DNA of 55,756 nucleotides, from positions 1 through 55,756 of IMG/VR virus record IMGVR_UViG_3300037882_000695; one strand, 5' to 3'. This document shows, piece after piece, positions 9,191-18,928 of the stretch. The notes beneath the pieces were generated by a model. It was not told the origin of the DNA. It did no database searches and saw only the letters and a program-made list of their open reading frames with translations. Within the stretch, counting starts at the first letter, position 1; each line of letters opens with the position of its first letter. The position numbers were made by a program, and so were the translations under genes. The DNA comes from a virus. Lineage: Duplodnaviria > Caudoviricetes.

Positions 9191-9958
9191 CTATCTTCCC
9201 CCCGCTTTCGCAATCACCGCATCAACCGCCTGAACACTCTTCGGCAACGCCACCACGTCCAGCAAGAAACGACCCTTGTCAACCAGCACGATTGCAGGAG
9301 GTGGAATGCCTTTCGCCCGCATCTGTTCGAGCGTCCACTTGCCGAGTTCGTCCGCTGTCGTTGGCAGATACGTGTACGTGGTTACGCCTGATGCGCGTAG
9401 TTTTGTCCAGTAGCCAAGATCGGCGATGACTGACGATTGCTCGGGAGTGACTGTTGACGGTTCCCACACGAGATAGACGCCACCGACCTTGTGCGTCGAG
9501 ATCGGTTTATCGTCAGGCTCAACAGGATCGACAGGCTTCGGTGGTGGACGCGGCCCATTCCCGCACTGCACGATGATCGTCGTCAGATCGCTACCGGTTT
9601 CCGTAACGTGAGCCACAAACAATTTCGCACCGTTCCGTAGCGTGCAAATTAACTGTGTCGGCAATTCCGTCACGTCATAGTCATCGTCCGGCGCGGATGT
9701 CTTGAACGACCATTTACCGGCAGCACTGGCGACGATGCGAAACTGCCGACCGTCCTTCACCTCGGTCAGTGCCACGCCCCTGGAATCGAGCAATTGCAGC
9801 CCGTCACCTGGTGGAATCGGCGTGAGTTTGTCCGGTTCGTCTTTCGGTAGCAGTCGTTCGAGTTTCGACAGCCGCGCGCCGATGTCCGTGACGGCTTTCG
9901 TTAGCGAGTCAACGTCGAGTTGCGCGAACAGGATTAGGATCAATGCGAATGGGTTCAC
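9191..9958 (-). CDS. Exported protein with Pro-rich linker and thioredoxin-like C-terminal fold
   Basis: Hydrophobic N-terminus, PRPPPKPVDPVEP linker, PPPAIVLVDKG; GTG start chosen after an AAGGA RBS (start uncertain). Confidence 0.6.
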   Translation of the reverse strand: MNPFALILILFAQLDVDSLTKAVTDIGARLSKLERLLPKDEPDKLTPIPPGDGLQLLDSRGVALTEVKDGRQFRIVASAAGKWSFKTSAPDDDYDVTELPTQLICTLRNGAKLFVAHVTETGSDLTTIIVQCGNGPRPPPKPVDPVEPDDKPISTHKVGGVYLVWEPSTVTPEQSSVIADLGYWTKLRASGVTTYTYLPTTADELGKWTLEQMRAKGIPPPAIVLVDKGRFLLDVVALPKSVQAVDAVIAKAGGR

Positions 9959-9960
9959 GG

Positions 9961-10281
9961 TTATTCCTTGTGGCAGCATGAATAGCAAACCGAACCGATG
10001 TGCATCGTGGGCTTTCCGCACCGTTCGCACAGCACACACATGTCAGAACCAGATTTTTTCTTTGAATCCGCTTGCCGTGGCTTGCCCCCGAAATGCACAC
10101 CGATCGCGAATTTGTTCGTCAGAAACAGCATCCACATCGTGTACCAGTTGTCGGCGTCAATGTAAAAACGAACCATTCCAAGACCGAACCATGTCCAGCC
10201 AATCCAGACTGAACGATCTACACGCATCACGGAACTACTCACTCGAAATCCCTCCGATACTGCGTCATTTCGACGGACCAA
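9961..10281 (-). CDS. Hypothetical protein, C-terminal CxxC...CxxC
   Basis: Co-oriented ORF; may be two small genes. Confidence 0.35.
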   Translation of the reverse strand: MVRRNDAVSEGFRVSSSVMRVDRSVWIGWTWFGLGMVRFYIDADNWYTMWMLFLTNKFAIGVHFGGKPRQADSKKKSGSDMCVLCERCGKPTMHIGSVCYSCCHKE

Positions 10282-10489
10282 ACATCATCATTGCATTTAT
10301 TCCATCAACATGAAGAACGGTCGGCTTCAGGTCAACGCTTTCGCCACCAGCTATCGACAACAGAATGCAGGCGAGCTGCTTCACCGCTTCATCAACGCCA
10401 GCCTTTTCCGAAAAATTTGTTGCCGCCACGATCAACGCCAATCTGGCATGCGCAACGTCAGCATCGTCAGACATTGAATCACTCCTCAA
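10265..10489 (-). CDS. Hypothetical protein
   Basis: Co-oriented ORF in operon. Confidence 0.45.
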   Translation of the reverse strand: MRSDSMSDDADVAHARLALIVAATNFSEKAGVDEAVKQLACILLSIAGGESVDLKPTVLHVDGINAMMMFGPSK

Positions 10490-10700
10490 CGCCCCAGTCG
10501 TACGATTCGTCTTTCAGTGCCGCAATCAATCTTTCAGTCCATTCAATTGCCTGATCGTGAGTCGCGTCGCAGTCAGGGCAGAGTGCATCCCAAAATCCCT
10601 GAAGATATCCGTCGTTCGCTTCGGTTTTCGCTTCGGACAACTTCCGCTCCAAAAATGCAATTTTGCTGTCGCCTACTGCCATCAAATCACTCAAATCCAT
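10479..10700 (-). CDS. Hypothetical protein
   Basis: Co-oriented ORF in operon. Confidence 0.5.
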   Translation of the reverse strand: MDLSDLMAVGDSKIAFLERKLSEAKTEANDGYLQGFWDALCPDCDATHDQAIEWTERLIAALKDESYDWGVEE

Positions 10701-10955
10701 TTCTGTACTGCGTCATCGAATGCCACTCGGTCAGCGTGTCCATCGCCACAGGATCAACCAGATGAACGCCTCTACGAAACAGATCGCTTCGACAACCAGC
10801 AGAACATCCATCACTCACCCCTCCACAACTCACGCACAACATCCCACGATTTCTTATCGCAGTCCGCCCCAAGGGAATCGCGGCGATACGCATCCTCGAC
10901 AACGCGCTGAACATACCCGCGAACATTACCAGACAGCGCCGCCCACGAAACTTCA

Positions 10956-11312
10956 TCACTCACTCCCACTCACCATTACCGCCCCAAGACTCGCTCCGTG
11001 CGATTTGCCTTCCTCGAACATCTTGCGAGCGATGATGCCAGCCTCGGTATCATTCAAAGCATCTTGGCCATCGATCCCCTCACGCTGAATTGCATTGGCC
11101 AACCTGCGAACTGCTGCCGGGCGTGGCGTGCCGTCGCGTTTCGTATGTGCCGCAATCCACTGCTCAGGAGTCTGGCCGCCGTCGAGACAGCCGAACAGTT
11201 GCGGAATGATTTTTATCAGCAGTCCGATTATCAGATCCTCGCCGATTCCAGTTGGACCGCTTGCCGCTGCTGCGATACGTTGGATTGATTCGTCGCGGGT
11301 TGTGTTTGGCAT
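10956..11312 (-). CDS. Hypothetical protein with a hydrophobic helix
   Basis: LIIGLLIKIIPQLFGC; likely first gene of the late/lysis block. Confidence 0.6.
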   Translation of the reverse strand: MPNTTRDESIQRIAAAASGPTGIGEDLIIGLLIKIIPQLFGCLDGGQTPEQWIAAHTKRDGTPRPAAVRRLANAIQREGIDGQDALNDTEAGIIARKMFEEGKSHGASLGAVMVSGSE

Positions 11313-11568
11313 ATGCGACCGTCTCGTTAGCGCGGGATTGATGTTTGAAAGGAGGCACGCCGCAATACTTCAGCACTCTTGCGAGCATTGGACGTAATGC
11401 GGACATGCCACATAGCGGATTGGCTTCATGCCTGATCCGCCGTCGAAATCGCTTTATCGCCGTTATTGCTGTTTTTGTGATCTTTCGTGCAAGGGCAGGT
11501 CACGATTCAGCGTGGTTCGATTGCGACAGTCCAACCATACCCGCTCGATCCCAAACGTCGAGATTGGC

Positions 11569-11898
11569 TCAGCGACATTCTGATTGTTCGGTGTGGATTG
11601 GCGGCATAGATGGTTTTGATAAACGCGATGTCATCCAATCTGACGGCGGAAATCTATCACCGGGAATCCAATCCGGCGTCTTCAAGTCACAAAAACGCCA
11701 TTCGTGTAAATCTGGCCAATCCTTCAACACTGCGTCCTCTGCTGCGCTTTCGGATTCCGCGTCGACAACTGCGACTAGCGTGTGGTGGCTGTGCGATGAT
11801 CCAGAGCACCACCACCCGCAAATAGCATCATTCGGGGGAAACGTAAGCGGCCTGTAATCGCTGCCCAGTTGATACCAGCTAACCAAAAAACGAGACAT
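11569..11898 (-). CDS. Conserved phage hypothetical protein
   Basis: DYRPL...GWWCSG...WP..EWRFC...PGDRFP motif; GGAGG RBS. Confidence 0.7.
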   Translation of the reverse strand: MSRFLVSWYQLGSDYRPLTFPPNDAICGWWCSGSSHSHHTLVAVVDAESESAAEDAVLKDWPDLHEWRFCDLKTPDWIPGDRFPPSDWMTSRLSKPSMPPIHTEQSECR

Positions 11899-11936
11899 AC
11901 TTACCCCCTCCAAAAAAGAACCGGATTCGATTGAAC

Positions 11937-12800
11937 TTAGTAATTCATCCACACACGCTCGATTTTCCGCTCTTTCTCCTTTTTGCTGCTGGCGTTGTTC
12001 GGCAGATCGAAGTCGACGTATCGCCAGTTGTAGATCCTCGCCATGTTGTCGTACATTGGTGAAGGATACCCCGACAACATGAATTTGCCTTCGATTCCTG
12101 TCAGCACATCCAGCAGCGACTGATGATCCTCTCGTGTCATCTCGTGCTGGTAATCACTGGTCGTCACCCTGGTCTCATGCAGGTACGGAGGGTCAAGGTA
12201 AAAGAAACTGTTTACCCCGTCCTGCTGCTTGATGACTTCGAGCGCCGGCCGATTCAGAATCACAACTCGTTTCAATCTGGCGTGAACTTCCGGCAGACCT
12301 TCAATCGCCGTCAGCCACGATGAAACCTGCTCGTTCATTCCGCGCCGAGTTCTGTTGCGTGACAGCGTGGCGAAGTCTTTCATGAGACCTTGACGAGATT
12401 GGCGGGCGCGAACAAAAAACGCCCATGCTCTCCACACCGGTGGAGATTCTGTTCTGTCGTCCGCAGACAACTTGAATTGCACCTCGGAAAACGGTGTCGC
12501 CTCAACGATCCGTTGGAACGCCGCGAATGTCGATTCATTTTTCAAGACGTGCCAGAAGTTCGACAATTCCCCGTGGATGTCGTTCGCCACCTCCGACACG
12601 CCTTCGCCAGATTTTGACAGTAGAACCGAACCGCCGCCGAAATACGGCTCGACGTAGTGGACGTGCGGCGGAAACAGTTCGATCAGCTTTGGGGCGAGGT
12701 AGTGCTTGCCGCCATTACTGTGCCACTTCAAAGGTTGTGATAACTTTGAAGCGGCGATACTCCTTTCATTGGTGGAGTTCATCGAGAACCTTTCTTGCAA
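11937..12800 (-). CDS. dam: DNA adenine methyltransferase (Dam/D12 class)
   Basis: LKW..GGK, YVEPYFGGGSV (motif I), FFYLDPPY (motif IV). Confidence 0.92.
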   Translation of the reverse strand: MQERFSMNSTNERSIAASKLSQPLKWHSNGGKHYLAPKLIELFPPHVHYVEPYFGGGSVLLSKSGEGVSEVANDIHGELSNFWHVLKNESTFAAFQRIVEATPFSEVQFKLSADDRTESPPVWRAWAFFVRARQSRQGLMKDFATLSRNRTRRGMNEQVSSWLTAIEGLPEVHARLKRVVILNRPALEVIKQQDGVNSFFYLDPPYLHETRVTTSDYQHEMTREDHQSLLDVLTGIEGKFMLSGYPSPMYDNMARIYNWRYVDFDLPNNASSKKEKERKIERVWMNY

Positions 12801-12823
12801 ATTTGGTGAATACGACTGCCTGT

Positions 12824-13117
12824 CTACGCACAGTGAATTGCCAGCGCCGCCTGAATCGCCATTCGTTCGTGGATGTTTTTCGTCGCACCCAGTCGTTTCA
12901 ACAGAGCCTGCGTTGACTCATTCAGATCGACGTGGAACGACTCGCCGTTTTGGTCGGTGATGTTGACCAATCGACACACTCGCTCTCGGCACTGCTCAAG
13001 AGCAATCTGAAAGATGCCCTCAAACACCTTGATATGTGCATCCGTCACATGGTCCGGGATGCTCAGTAAAAACTTCCATCTTGAGTTACCGTGGATGTAT
13101 TCCCAATTGTCTGCCAT
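12824..13117 (-). CDS. Hypothetical protein
   Basis: Strong GAGG RBS, co-oriented. Confidence 0.55.
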   Translation of the reverse strand: MADNWEYIHGNSRWKFLLSIPDHVTDAHIKVFEGIFQIALEQCRERVCRLVNITDQNGESFHVDLNESTQALLKRLGATKNIHERMAIQAALAIHCA

Positions 13118-13127
13118 ACCTCACTCC

Positions 13128-13370
13128 TCACTTCGCCGGAACTTCGAACAACTCCAACTGCACCTCATGGGACACGCTCGCAACAACTTCCGCGTGCCCG
13201 CATTGAATCACCCTCACGACAACCTCGCGTGTCTCGAATACCGCGCCACACAGGTCGCATTGACGCTCCCTGCCCATCCTGGATGCGTACGGCGCTGGCG
13301 TTGTTTCTGTGGTGAAAACGTGGCCGACAGTTTCGCATTCAGGACATCTAAACTTTGACGGTTGCGGCAT
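13128..13370 (-). CDS. Zinc-ribbon protein (NrdR-N/Ogr-like)
   Basis: CPEC...RERQCDLCGAVFETRE. Confidence 0.65.
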   Translation of the reverse strand: MPQPSKFRCPECETVGHVFTTETTPAPYASRMGRERQCDLCGAVFETREVVVRVIQCGHAEVVASVSHEVQLELFEVPAK

Positions 13371-13373
13371 TGT

Positions 13374-13613
13374 TCAGCCTCCGTGTCCGTGGTGACGCTT
13401 CCAGTGAAGCCCAATCACCTCGAATGCGTGTGGCCATACTTGACGCATCCACGATACCAACGTCGCGTCCGATGGTTCGGCGGTGAAAACGTCGCCGTCA
13501 GTGATCTGGTTGCAGTAGCGATTGTTGAGGCCGCATGGTTCGTGGAAGTGATGACTGCGAGGCTTGCCGCAATTCCCGCAGATCGGGTCGCTGTCGTGGT
13601 TTTGTGTAGTCAT
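13374..13613 (-). CDS. Hypothetical Cys/His-rich protein
   Basis: CGNCGKPRSHH; ATGA overlap. Confidence 0.55.
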   Translation of the reverse strand: MTTQNHDSDPICGNCGKPRSHHFHEPCGLNNRYCNQITDGDVFTAEPSDATLVSWMRQVWPHAFEVIGLHWKRHHGHGG

Positions 13614-14041
13614 TGGCTCGCTTTCCTGAAGTCTTTAATCACGGCTCCGTCATCATCGAGATATGCGATTTCCCATGTTGGATGGCAGTTCAGAACTTGC
13701 CCCGCCCATTTGGTTTCATCGTCGAACAGGACATTCCAGTTTGCACTTTCGTTGTGGCTGACAATCACGCCACCGACTCCATCGACAATGACACGCATTC
13801 CCGCCCGGACAAACGGCACTCCCCGGTATTGCGCAGTTCGCCGGATATCGTCCGTCGTGACGGGTTCGCCGATGCAGCGAGACCGAATCGCGGTGAATGG
13901 AAACCTCGCATCAAGCCGATGGTAAAACTCGGACCTTGCGGAACCAGACGACCTCGCGTGAATCGTCGTTTCGTGGTCGCTTCCAGCGATTCGACAGGCA
14001 TACGCTCGCAGTGGTTTTTGTAGTTTCGTCGCTGTGGACAT
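13610..14041 (-). CDS. Conserved phage hypothetical protein
   Basis: YRGVPF..GMRV.V.G..G.I......N..VLFD......NCHPTW motif. Confidence 0.65.
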   Translation of the reverse strand: MSTATKLQKPLRAYACRIAGSDHETTIHARSSGSARSEFYHRLDARFPFTAIRSRCIGEPVTTDDIRRTAQYRGVPFVRAGMRVIVDGVGGVIVSHNESANWNVLFDDETKWAGQVLNCHPTWEIAYLDDDGAVIKDFRKASQ

Positions 14042-14042
14042 A

Positions 14043-14432
14043 TCACCCCTCCCATCCGTAAATGAACCCGGTAAACTCCGGTTGTTTGTCGCTCGTCAGG
14101 TAATCGACCATCGCCCACGTTCCGCAGAATCCATCGGCGACTGCCATCTTTTCAACGACGTTGGCAAGTTGCTTTTCGTCGTCAATGAACACACCTCGCG
14201 TCTGGCGATTGACGCGAATCCTCCTCGCGCTCGTCACCGTGACCTTGCGAAGATCCTCAACAGTCGACCCGCTGCCGTACGGCTTACCAATCCATTTTCG
14301 CAGCACGATCGTATCGCCGACTTTTGGGTCACGCTTGTCTTTTCGCGGCGCTCGAATCGTCGTGGTTTTAGTGCCGTCGATGATCTTCGCTGCGTGACAT
14401 GGCATGCAGAACAGGTAGTGGTCACGGGTCAT
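14043..14432 (-). CDS. ASCH-domain protein
   Basis: IIDGTKTTTIR...KVGD...W.GKPY...A.ADGF. Confidence 0.8.
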   Translation of the reverse strand: MTRDHYLFCMPCHAAKIIDGTKTTTIRAPRKDKRDPKVGDTIVLRKWIGKPYGSGSTVEDLRKVTVTSARRIRVNRQTRGVFIDDEKQLANVVEKMAVADGFCGTWAMVDYLTSDKQPEFTGFIYGWEG

Positions 14433-14537
14433 GTTGCCTCCTTTCGAATTCTCGCCAGATACCGCTTAACACGCCTCAGTTTTTTTCTGACCATCTTTCG
14501 ACGGCGGGATGATAGACTGGTCACCTTGCACCGCCTT

Positions 14538-15179
14538 TCAGTTCTTCGCCTTAACCGCACATGCCTCGCACATCGGCAACCCATCAGGAATGCACACAAC
14601 CGGCGCGCCGCAGTTCATACAACACGAGATATCCAGCCCGCCGCGAGTGATTGCCGCGTGGAGTTCTGTCAGGGCTGCTTGCGACTTGTCTCGCTGGATC
14701 TCCGCGTCGACAAGTTTGTTGACAGTCTCCAAGTCGCAGAGTTCCGACCCCATCACGTACATCAGGTACGGATCTTTGCCGGACTCTTTCATCGTTCCAA
14801 CCGTCAGCCCGCGAGACTTGAGGAAGTCGAGTTTCCGTGTTGCTTCATCCCGCTCGTTGACGAGCCTCGTAATCAGTTCTCGCGGCGATTCAGACCATAC
14901 TGGCACCTCGTTCGGCCATGCTGGCGATATCGCTTCGACGACCTCATCCCACACATTGTCTACCCCAGACGCGACCAGTGCCTTGATGTCGACAGACTTC
15001 GTTTCTTCAATCAGTTGATGCCATGCGTCGATGCGTAGGACTCGCCACGTTAAGCTCCGATAATGCACCCACGTTTGACAATCCGCGACTTGAATAAGTT
15101 CAACTCGTCGCCATGTTTCTGTATCTTCGGGATTGCCCCATACGCTGCCGACTGCTGGTATGTTTTGCTCGCTGCTCAT
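14538..15179 (-). CDS. Hypothetical protein, C-terminal zinc finger
   Basis: CMNCG...CEAC; ATGA overlap. Confidence 0.6.
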   Translation of the reverse strand: MSSEQNIPAVGSVWGNPEDTETWRRVELIQVADCQTWVHYRSLTWRVLRIDAWHQLIEETKSVDIKALVASGVDNVWDEVVEAISPAWPNEVPVWSESPRELITRLVNERDEATRKLDFLKSRGLTVGTMKESGKDPYLMYVMGSELCDLETVNKLVDAEIQRDKSQAALTELHAAITRGGLDISCCMNCGAPVVCIPDGLPMCEACAVKAKN

Positions 15180-15400
15180 GCCGTCTCCTTGCTTAGTCTT
15201 TCGCGAATGGCTGAAATTATTGAATTGATTTCCGTGATGATCTCTCGTTCGTGTGCAATGTGATCCTCAATTAGACACATGACTCCGTTGCAGACTCGCA
15301 CACACTCAAGGCTCGTTGTTGCCTCATCCTTGATCGCGTCCGCAACGACTGGACGAAGAAATGCAGACGCTGTGATTCTTCTGTCGAGTTCATCGCTCAT
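15176..15400 (-). CDS. Hypothetical protein
   Basis: Coupled ORF starting MSDELD. Confidence 0.45.
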   Translation of the reverse strand: MSDELDRRITASAFLRPVVADAIKDEATTSLECVRVCNGVMCLIEDHIAHEREIITEINSIISAIRERLSKETA

Positions 15401-15645
15401 GTCGTCTCGCCCAGTGCTTTGGCAATCGCGGCACGAGCCTGTTCGCGAATCGCATCCAAGCAATCCAATTCCGTGATGCCATCGCAGGCTGCTGGATCAT
15501 GATTGGCGATGTTCTTCAACGCCCGGAACATCTCCTGCGCTGCGATAATCCGGTCTGAATTCTTAACGTCGAGCACAATAGCAATGACACGACCAGAGTC
15601 ATCGATGATCTCATTGCGATCGCCATCCGCAGGCAGCCATTCCAT
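15397..15645 (-). CDS. Hypothetical phage protein
   Basis: RIIAAQEMFRALK...ARAAIAKALGE typical phage motif. Confidence 0.6.
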   Translation of the reverse strand: MEWLPADGDRNEIIDDSGRVIAIVLDVKNSDRIIAAQEMFRALKNIANHDPAACDGITELDCLDAIREQARAAIAKALGETT

Positions 15646-15925
15646 TCGCTGACGAGTTGATCTTCTGATTTATCGGTGAGCCGGTTTTTCGTGTCCACCA
15701 GCGTCAACGACTCCCAGTTGTGATATCCGGGACCATACCCAACTTTCACGTATCTCGTGCCGCTCAAATCGGTCACAGATCCCGACAGTCCGTTTGGAAG
15801 TTGTACGGTGTCACCAATTCGAAACTGGTGTTCCATCGCGTATGAAATACCGCCAATTACAATCGAATCGTACTCACTCCGCATCACCGTCCTGCGTTCA
15901 CTCACGTTTCGCCCCTTCAAAAAAT

Positions 15926-16216
15926 CTACACAACAATCTCGCCGCGTTTATTCGCCCGGTCGCTGCCGACGAGAACGCACATGCGGCTTACGACCTCCAC
16001 GCCCTTGCTGTCGAACTTTGTTCCGCCGTCATCATCTGCCACGCCACACGAGAGAATCCCCATTCCATGGACATCAAGAATGCAGACGCCATCGGACTCG
16101 CGATTGTCGCTGAATGATTCCTTGTCGACAGCCACATATCGCCGTCCTTCACCTTGCTCGATCAATCGTCCGAGTCGCTTATGAAGCTGATTAACAGTGA
16201 ACCCTCGTGCTGACAT
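15926..16216 (-). CDS. Hypothetical protein
   Basis: GGGGG RBS, co-oriented. Confidence 0.55.
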   Translation of the reverse strand: MSARGFTVNQLHKRLGRLIEQGEGRRYVAVDKESFSDNRESDGVCILDVHGMGILSCGVADDDGGTKFDSKGVEVVSRMCVLVGSDRANKRGEIVV

Positions 16217-16226
16217 ATCGCCCCCT

Positions 16227-16469
16227 TCAAAAAAGTTCCCGTTGCGTTTCCGTCACTGGTTCAATCCGCTTGCTCAACCCCGCCTCTTCGCGGCCCTCAT
16301 CAGTCAGCCACAACCAGCCGATTAACGCTGATGCAATCTCCGCATCTGGTTCGAACAACCACCCAACATCGATATATCCTTGAACCTTGTCGATCAACTT
16401 TCGGTTGCTCAAATAGCCCTTGATAGTTCCTGGACATAGGCCGTTTTCGAAGTCGCGGAGCTCGATCAT
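16227..16469 (-). CDS. Hypothetical protein
   Basis: ATGA-coupled; ends QRELF. Confidence 0.5.
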   Translation of the reverse strand: MIELRDFENGLCPGTIKGYLSNRKLIDKVQGYIDVGWLFEPDAEIASALIGWLWLTDEGREEAGLSKRIEPVTETQRELF

Positions 16470-17020
16470 GGATTCACTCGCCCGGTACGCTGCAACACTT
16501 CCATCTGACCGATGAAATTCAGGTCGCACTTACTCACGCTGTTGGTGACTGAATCTCGAATTCGTGCATGATCTGGACCGACCCAACCGGGCGGTTTTTG
16601 GAACTTGCCGTAATCGTTCAACGTCGCCACGCCATTCGGGAACTTGCTGTCGTTCGCGCGGTTTACCTCGATGATGTGTGGCCGGTCTGGCACGCCGTAA
16701 GCCGCGAGAGTTCCTGTGCAGACGTAGATCGTGTCCACGCAGCCGTCGATGACCTGCTCAACTGCGGTATCCCAATCGTTCTGGATGTAGTCTGGTAGCG
16801 ACGTAAATACTGGCTTACCTCCGACTATGTAAAACTGGAAGCCGAGTCCGCTGATTGCCTCGGTTGCTTCCTCAAGAATTAACCTTGCTCGCAGGAATCG
16901 AACTTCCTCGGAAGGCGCGGTGTACGGCACACTTGGCAACGCCAGATTCGGCCTGACCTGCGCCGTGCATGTCATCGTGTACAAGTTGCTGACCATCGCA
17001 TTCGAAAAAAGCATGTTCAT
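16466..17020 (-). CDS. MazG-like/PRA-PH family nucleotide pyrophosphatase
   Basis: LILEEATE...DGCVDTIYV...VNRANDSK...GKFQKPPGW. Confidence 0.8.
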   Translation of the reverse strand: MNMLFSNAMVSNLYTMTCTAQVRPNLALPSVPYTAPSEEVRFLRARLILEEATEAISGLGFQFYIVGGKPVFTSLPDYIQNDWDTAVEQVIDGCVDTIYVCTGTLAAYGVPDRPHIIEVNRANDSKFPNGVATLNDYGKFQKPPGWVGPDHARIRDSVTNSVSKCDLNFIGQMEVLQRTGRVNP

Positions 17021-17409
17021 TCGCTCGCCTCGCTGTTCTGTAGTAGTGCCAAACCCAAAAGATCCATCCGACCAAGGTTTCGTACTGGTTGCTGCTCCTG
17101 CCATTTACGCGGCGTCCCATCGAGATATGTTGCAGACGATGTTCCCACGACCTCGCACCAGTATTTTCGATCCGAGGACACTCGCACAGACACGCCAAAT
17201 TTCCCGACAGGCGTCACCGTGCATCGACGATTGCAAACCCCGCGACGGTTGTAACTGTCAAACAGGCGGAGCGAATTCAGATACTTTGTGGTCACAACAT
17301 CACCTTTGATGTCAGTGATTACAGATACCATGCGGCCCTCTGGAGCTTCGATGTCGTTAATGATGACGCAGTGACCGATTGCGATTTCACTGGCTGGCAA
17401 TGTGTTCAT
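17017..17409 (-). CDS. Hypothetical protein
   Basis: ATGA-coupled ORF. Confidence 0.5.
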   Translation of the reverse strand: MNTLPASEIAIGHCVIINDIEAPEGRMVSVITDIKGDVVTTKYLNSLRLFDSYNRRGVCNRRCTVTPVGKFGVSVRVSSDRKYWCEVVGTSSATYLDGTPRKWQEQQPVRNLGRMDLLGLALLQNSEASE

Positions 17410-17780
17410 TCTCCCGCCCCCGTTCGTTCTAGATCTGCCCGAAACAACTCAGTCTCGCGGCATTCCCATCGTTTGTTTTTTGCCTGCTTCCAGCCGTGGA
17501 CGATGATTCGACAACCAGCATCAAGCCACTGCTTCGCACGCGGTTCGCTTTTGATCTTCGTAATTCGCGCCGCCATGTTTGTTGCCGATGTAGACTGAAT
17601 TCCCATCAGCGAACCGTTGCCCATTGCCACCAGGTCGATGAACCCGAACAGGTCTTGCCGCACTTTCGCGAACTGGTTCCACCGCTCGACAACTTGCACT
17701 GTCAGCCCCTGTTTTCGGCACAAGTCCATCGTGCGTTTCGTCGGACTGGTCGATGATTTCTTTTTCGGCTTTTCGGTCAT
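17406..17780 (-). CDS. PD-(D/E)xK nuclease/resolvase-like protein
   Basis: VERWN...RQDLFGFIDLVA...GIQST. Confidence 0.75.
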   Translation of the reverse strand: MTEKPKKKSSTSPTKRTMDLCRKQGLTVQVVERWNQFAKVRQDLFGFIDLVAMGNGSLMGIQSTSATNMAARITKIKSEPRAKQWLDAGCRIIVHGWKQAKNKRWECRETELFRADLERTGAGE

Positions 17781-17901
17781 TTACTCCCCTTCACCAGATA
17801 CAGCCTCGACGTTTTGCCAGTCTGCGAACAATGCGACGGAATCCAGGCTTTCGACGATTGACGTTTGACGATCTTGCGGCACTTGTTGCAGCGGTAGTCG
17901 T

Positions 17902-18219
17902 TCATGGTTTCTCATCCAGAATCGCGACGATGCGACGCAGTTGGTCTGCTGTCAGCGTTGCCATCGATTTTGATCTTCGCTGAATAGTCTCCAGCATGTC
18001 CGCTCTGTCAGATGCTTCACGGATTTCTGCCGTCACCCGTGTCGCCTCGTACGGCCCCCATTTTTGCGGTCCGCGAATCCTCAAGTTCGGATCAAGCGTG
18101 TACAAATCACCGCACTTGATTCTGCCAGATGGTGTAATCGCTGTGACCTTGCAAATGTGCCAGTCGCGACTGTATCCACCACGGAATGCCAGTTCGTCGC
18201 CAACCTTGATTTCGCTCAT
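17902..18219 (-). CDS. Hypothetical SH3/KOW-like protein
   Basis: IKVGDEL...KVTAITPSGRIK. Confidence 0.6.
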   Translation of the reverse strand: MSEIKVGDELAFRGGYSRDWHICKVTAITPSGRIKCGDLYTLDPNLRIRGPQKWGPYEATRVTAEIREASDRADMLETIQRRSKSMATLTADQLRRIVAILDEKP

Positions 18220-18548
18220 CGTGCCGCCCCCGTTTCCGTCATCGCATGCCAGCACTCGTTGAAATGTTCCTGCAAGTCGTTGCGAATACCACGCTCGGTG
18301 TCTGATTCGAATCTTGCATGGCACTCACCGATGACGTAGCCGACATATTGACGTTCGCGTTTTTTCGGGAAGTGGTATCGATACTCGCCGAGAACGGTTT
18401 GGCATGTTTGAACGCCGAATTCATCGCTGTTGTCGAATTCCAATTCCTTCGGCCTCGGAACCGCAGCACGCAATTCAGCAAACATCGATTTCACTCGCTC
18501 GCTTCCGCTATCAACGAGTTGCTCTAGTTGGTCGATTAGGTCGTTCAT
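18216..18548 (-). CDS. Hypothetical protein
   Basis: ATGA-coupled ORF. Confidence 0.5.
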   Translation of the reverse strand: MNDLIDQLEQLVDSGSERVKSMFAELRAAVPRPKELEFDNSDEFGVQTCQTVLGEYRYHFPKKRERQYVGYVIGECHARFESDTERGIRNDLQEHFNECWHAMTETGAAR

Positions 18549-18883
18549 GATTCACCTTCAACTTCCGCTTCACCAAGTTGCATCGATTCGTCAGCCTCGT
18601 CTTCTGCGATCAAGTCTTCGGCTCGCAGATCTGCCATTTCGAAATCAAGTTTCTGGCCGACGCGACACATCAACGAGCCTTCGAAGATGTTCACGAATGT
18701 CTCAAGCCAGACTTCTGTTTCATGGTCGTATTGTTGTTGGTCGCGATTTGCCGCGTCCACGATGTCGACGCCGATTTCGTGGTATGTCCGTTCGTTGCTA
18801 TGGACGATTTTGTCCATCAGTTGAAAAAACCGCGTCCATTCCGCCTTCGTCAATTGGCTCATCACTCCCCTTTCACTTAACAC
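18545..18883 (-). CDS. Hypothetical acidic protein
   Basis: Co-oriented ORF; probable start is the internal MSQL. Confidence 0.5.
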   Translation of the reverse strand: MLSERGVMSQLTKAEWTRFFQLMDKIVHSNERTYHEIGVDIVDAANRDQQQYDHETEVWLETFVNIFEGSLMCRVGQKLDFEMADLRAEDLIAEDEADESMQLGEAEVEGES

Positions 18884-18928
18884 GATCTTTCAGCCCGATT
18901 TTCCGCTGGTCCGCGCCAGCTTGTTGAA

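Noticed and set aside
11400-11571. TGA read-through or recoded genetic code
   Set aside because: Conserved genes end at TGA with ATGA coupling throughout, so the standard code applies; the read-through product has no recognisable motif.
14034-15038. 334-aa plus-strand ORF and similar long plus-strand ORFs across the early and structural regions
   Set aside because: Antisense shadows of coupled minus-strand genes in GC-rich DNA; no motifs or RBS.
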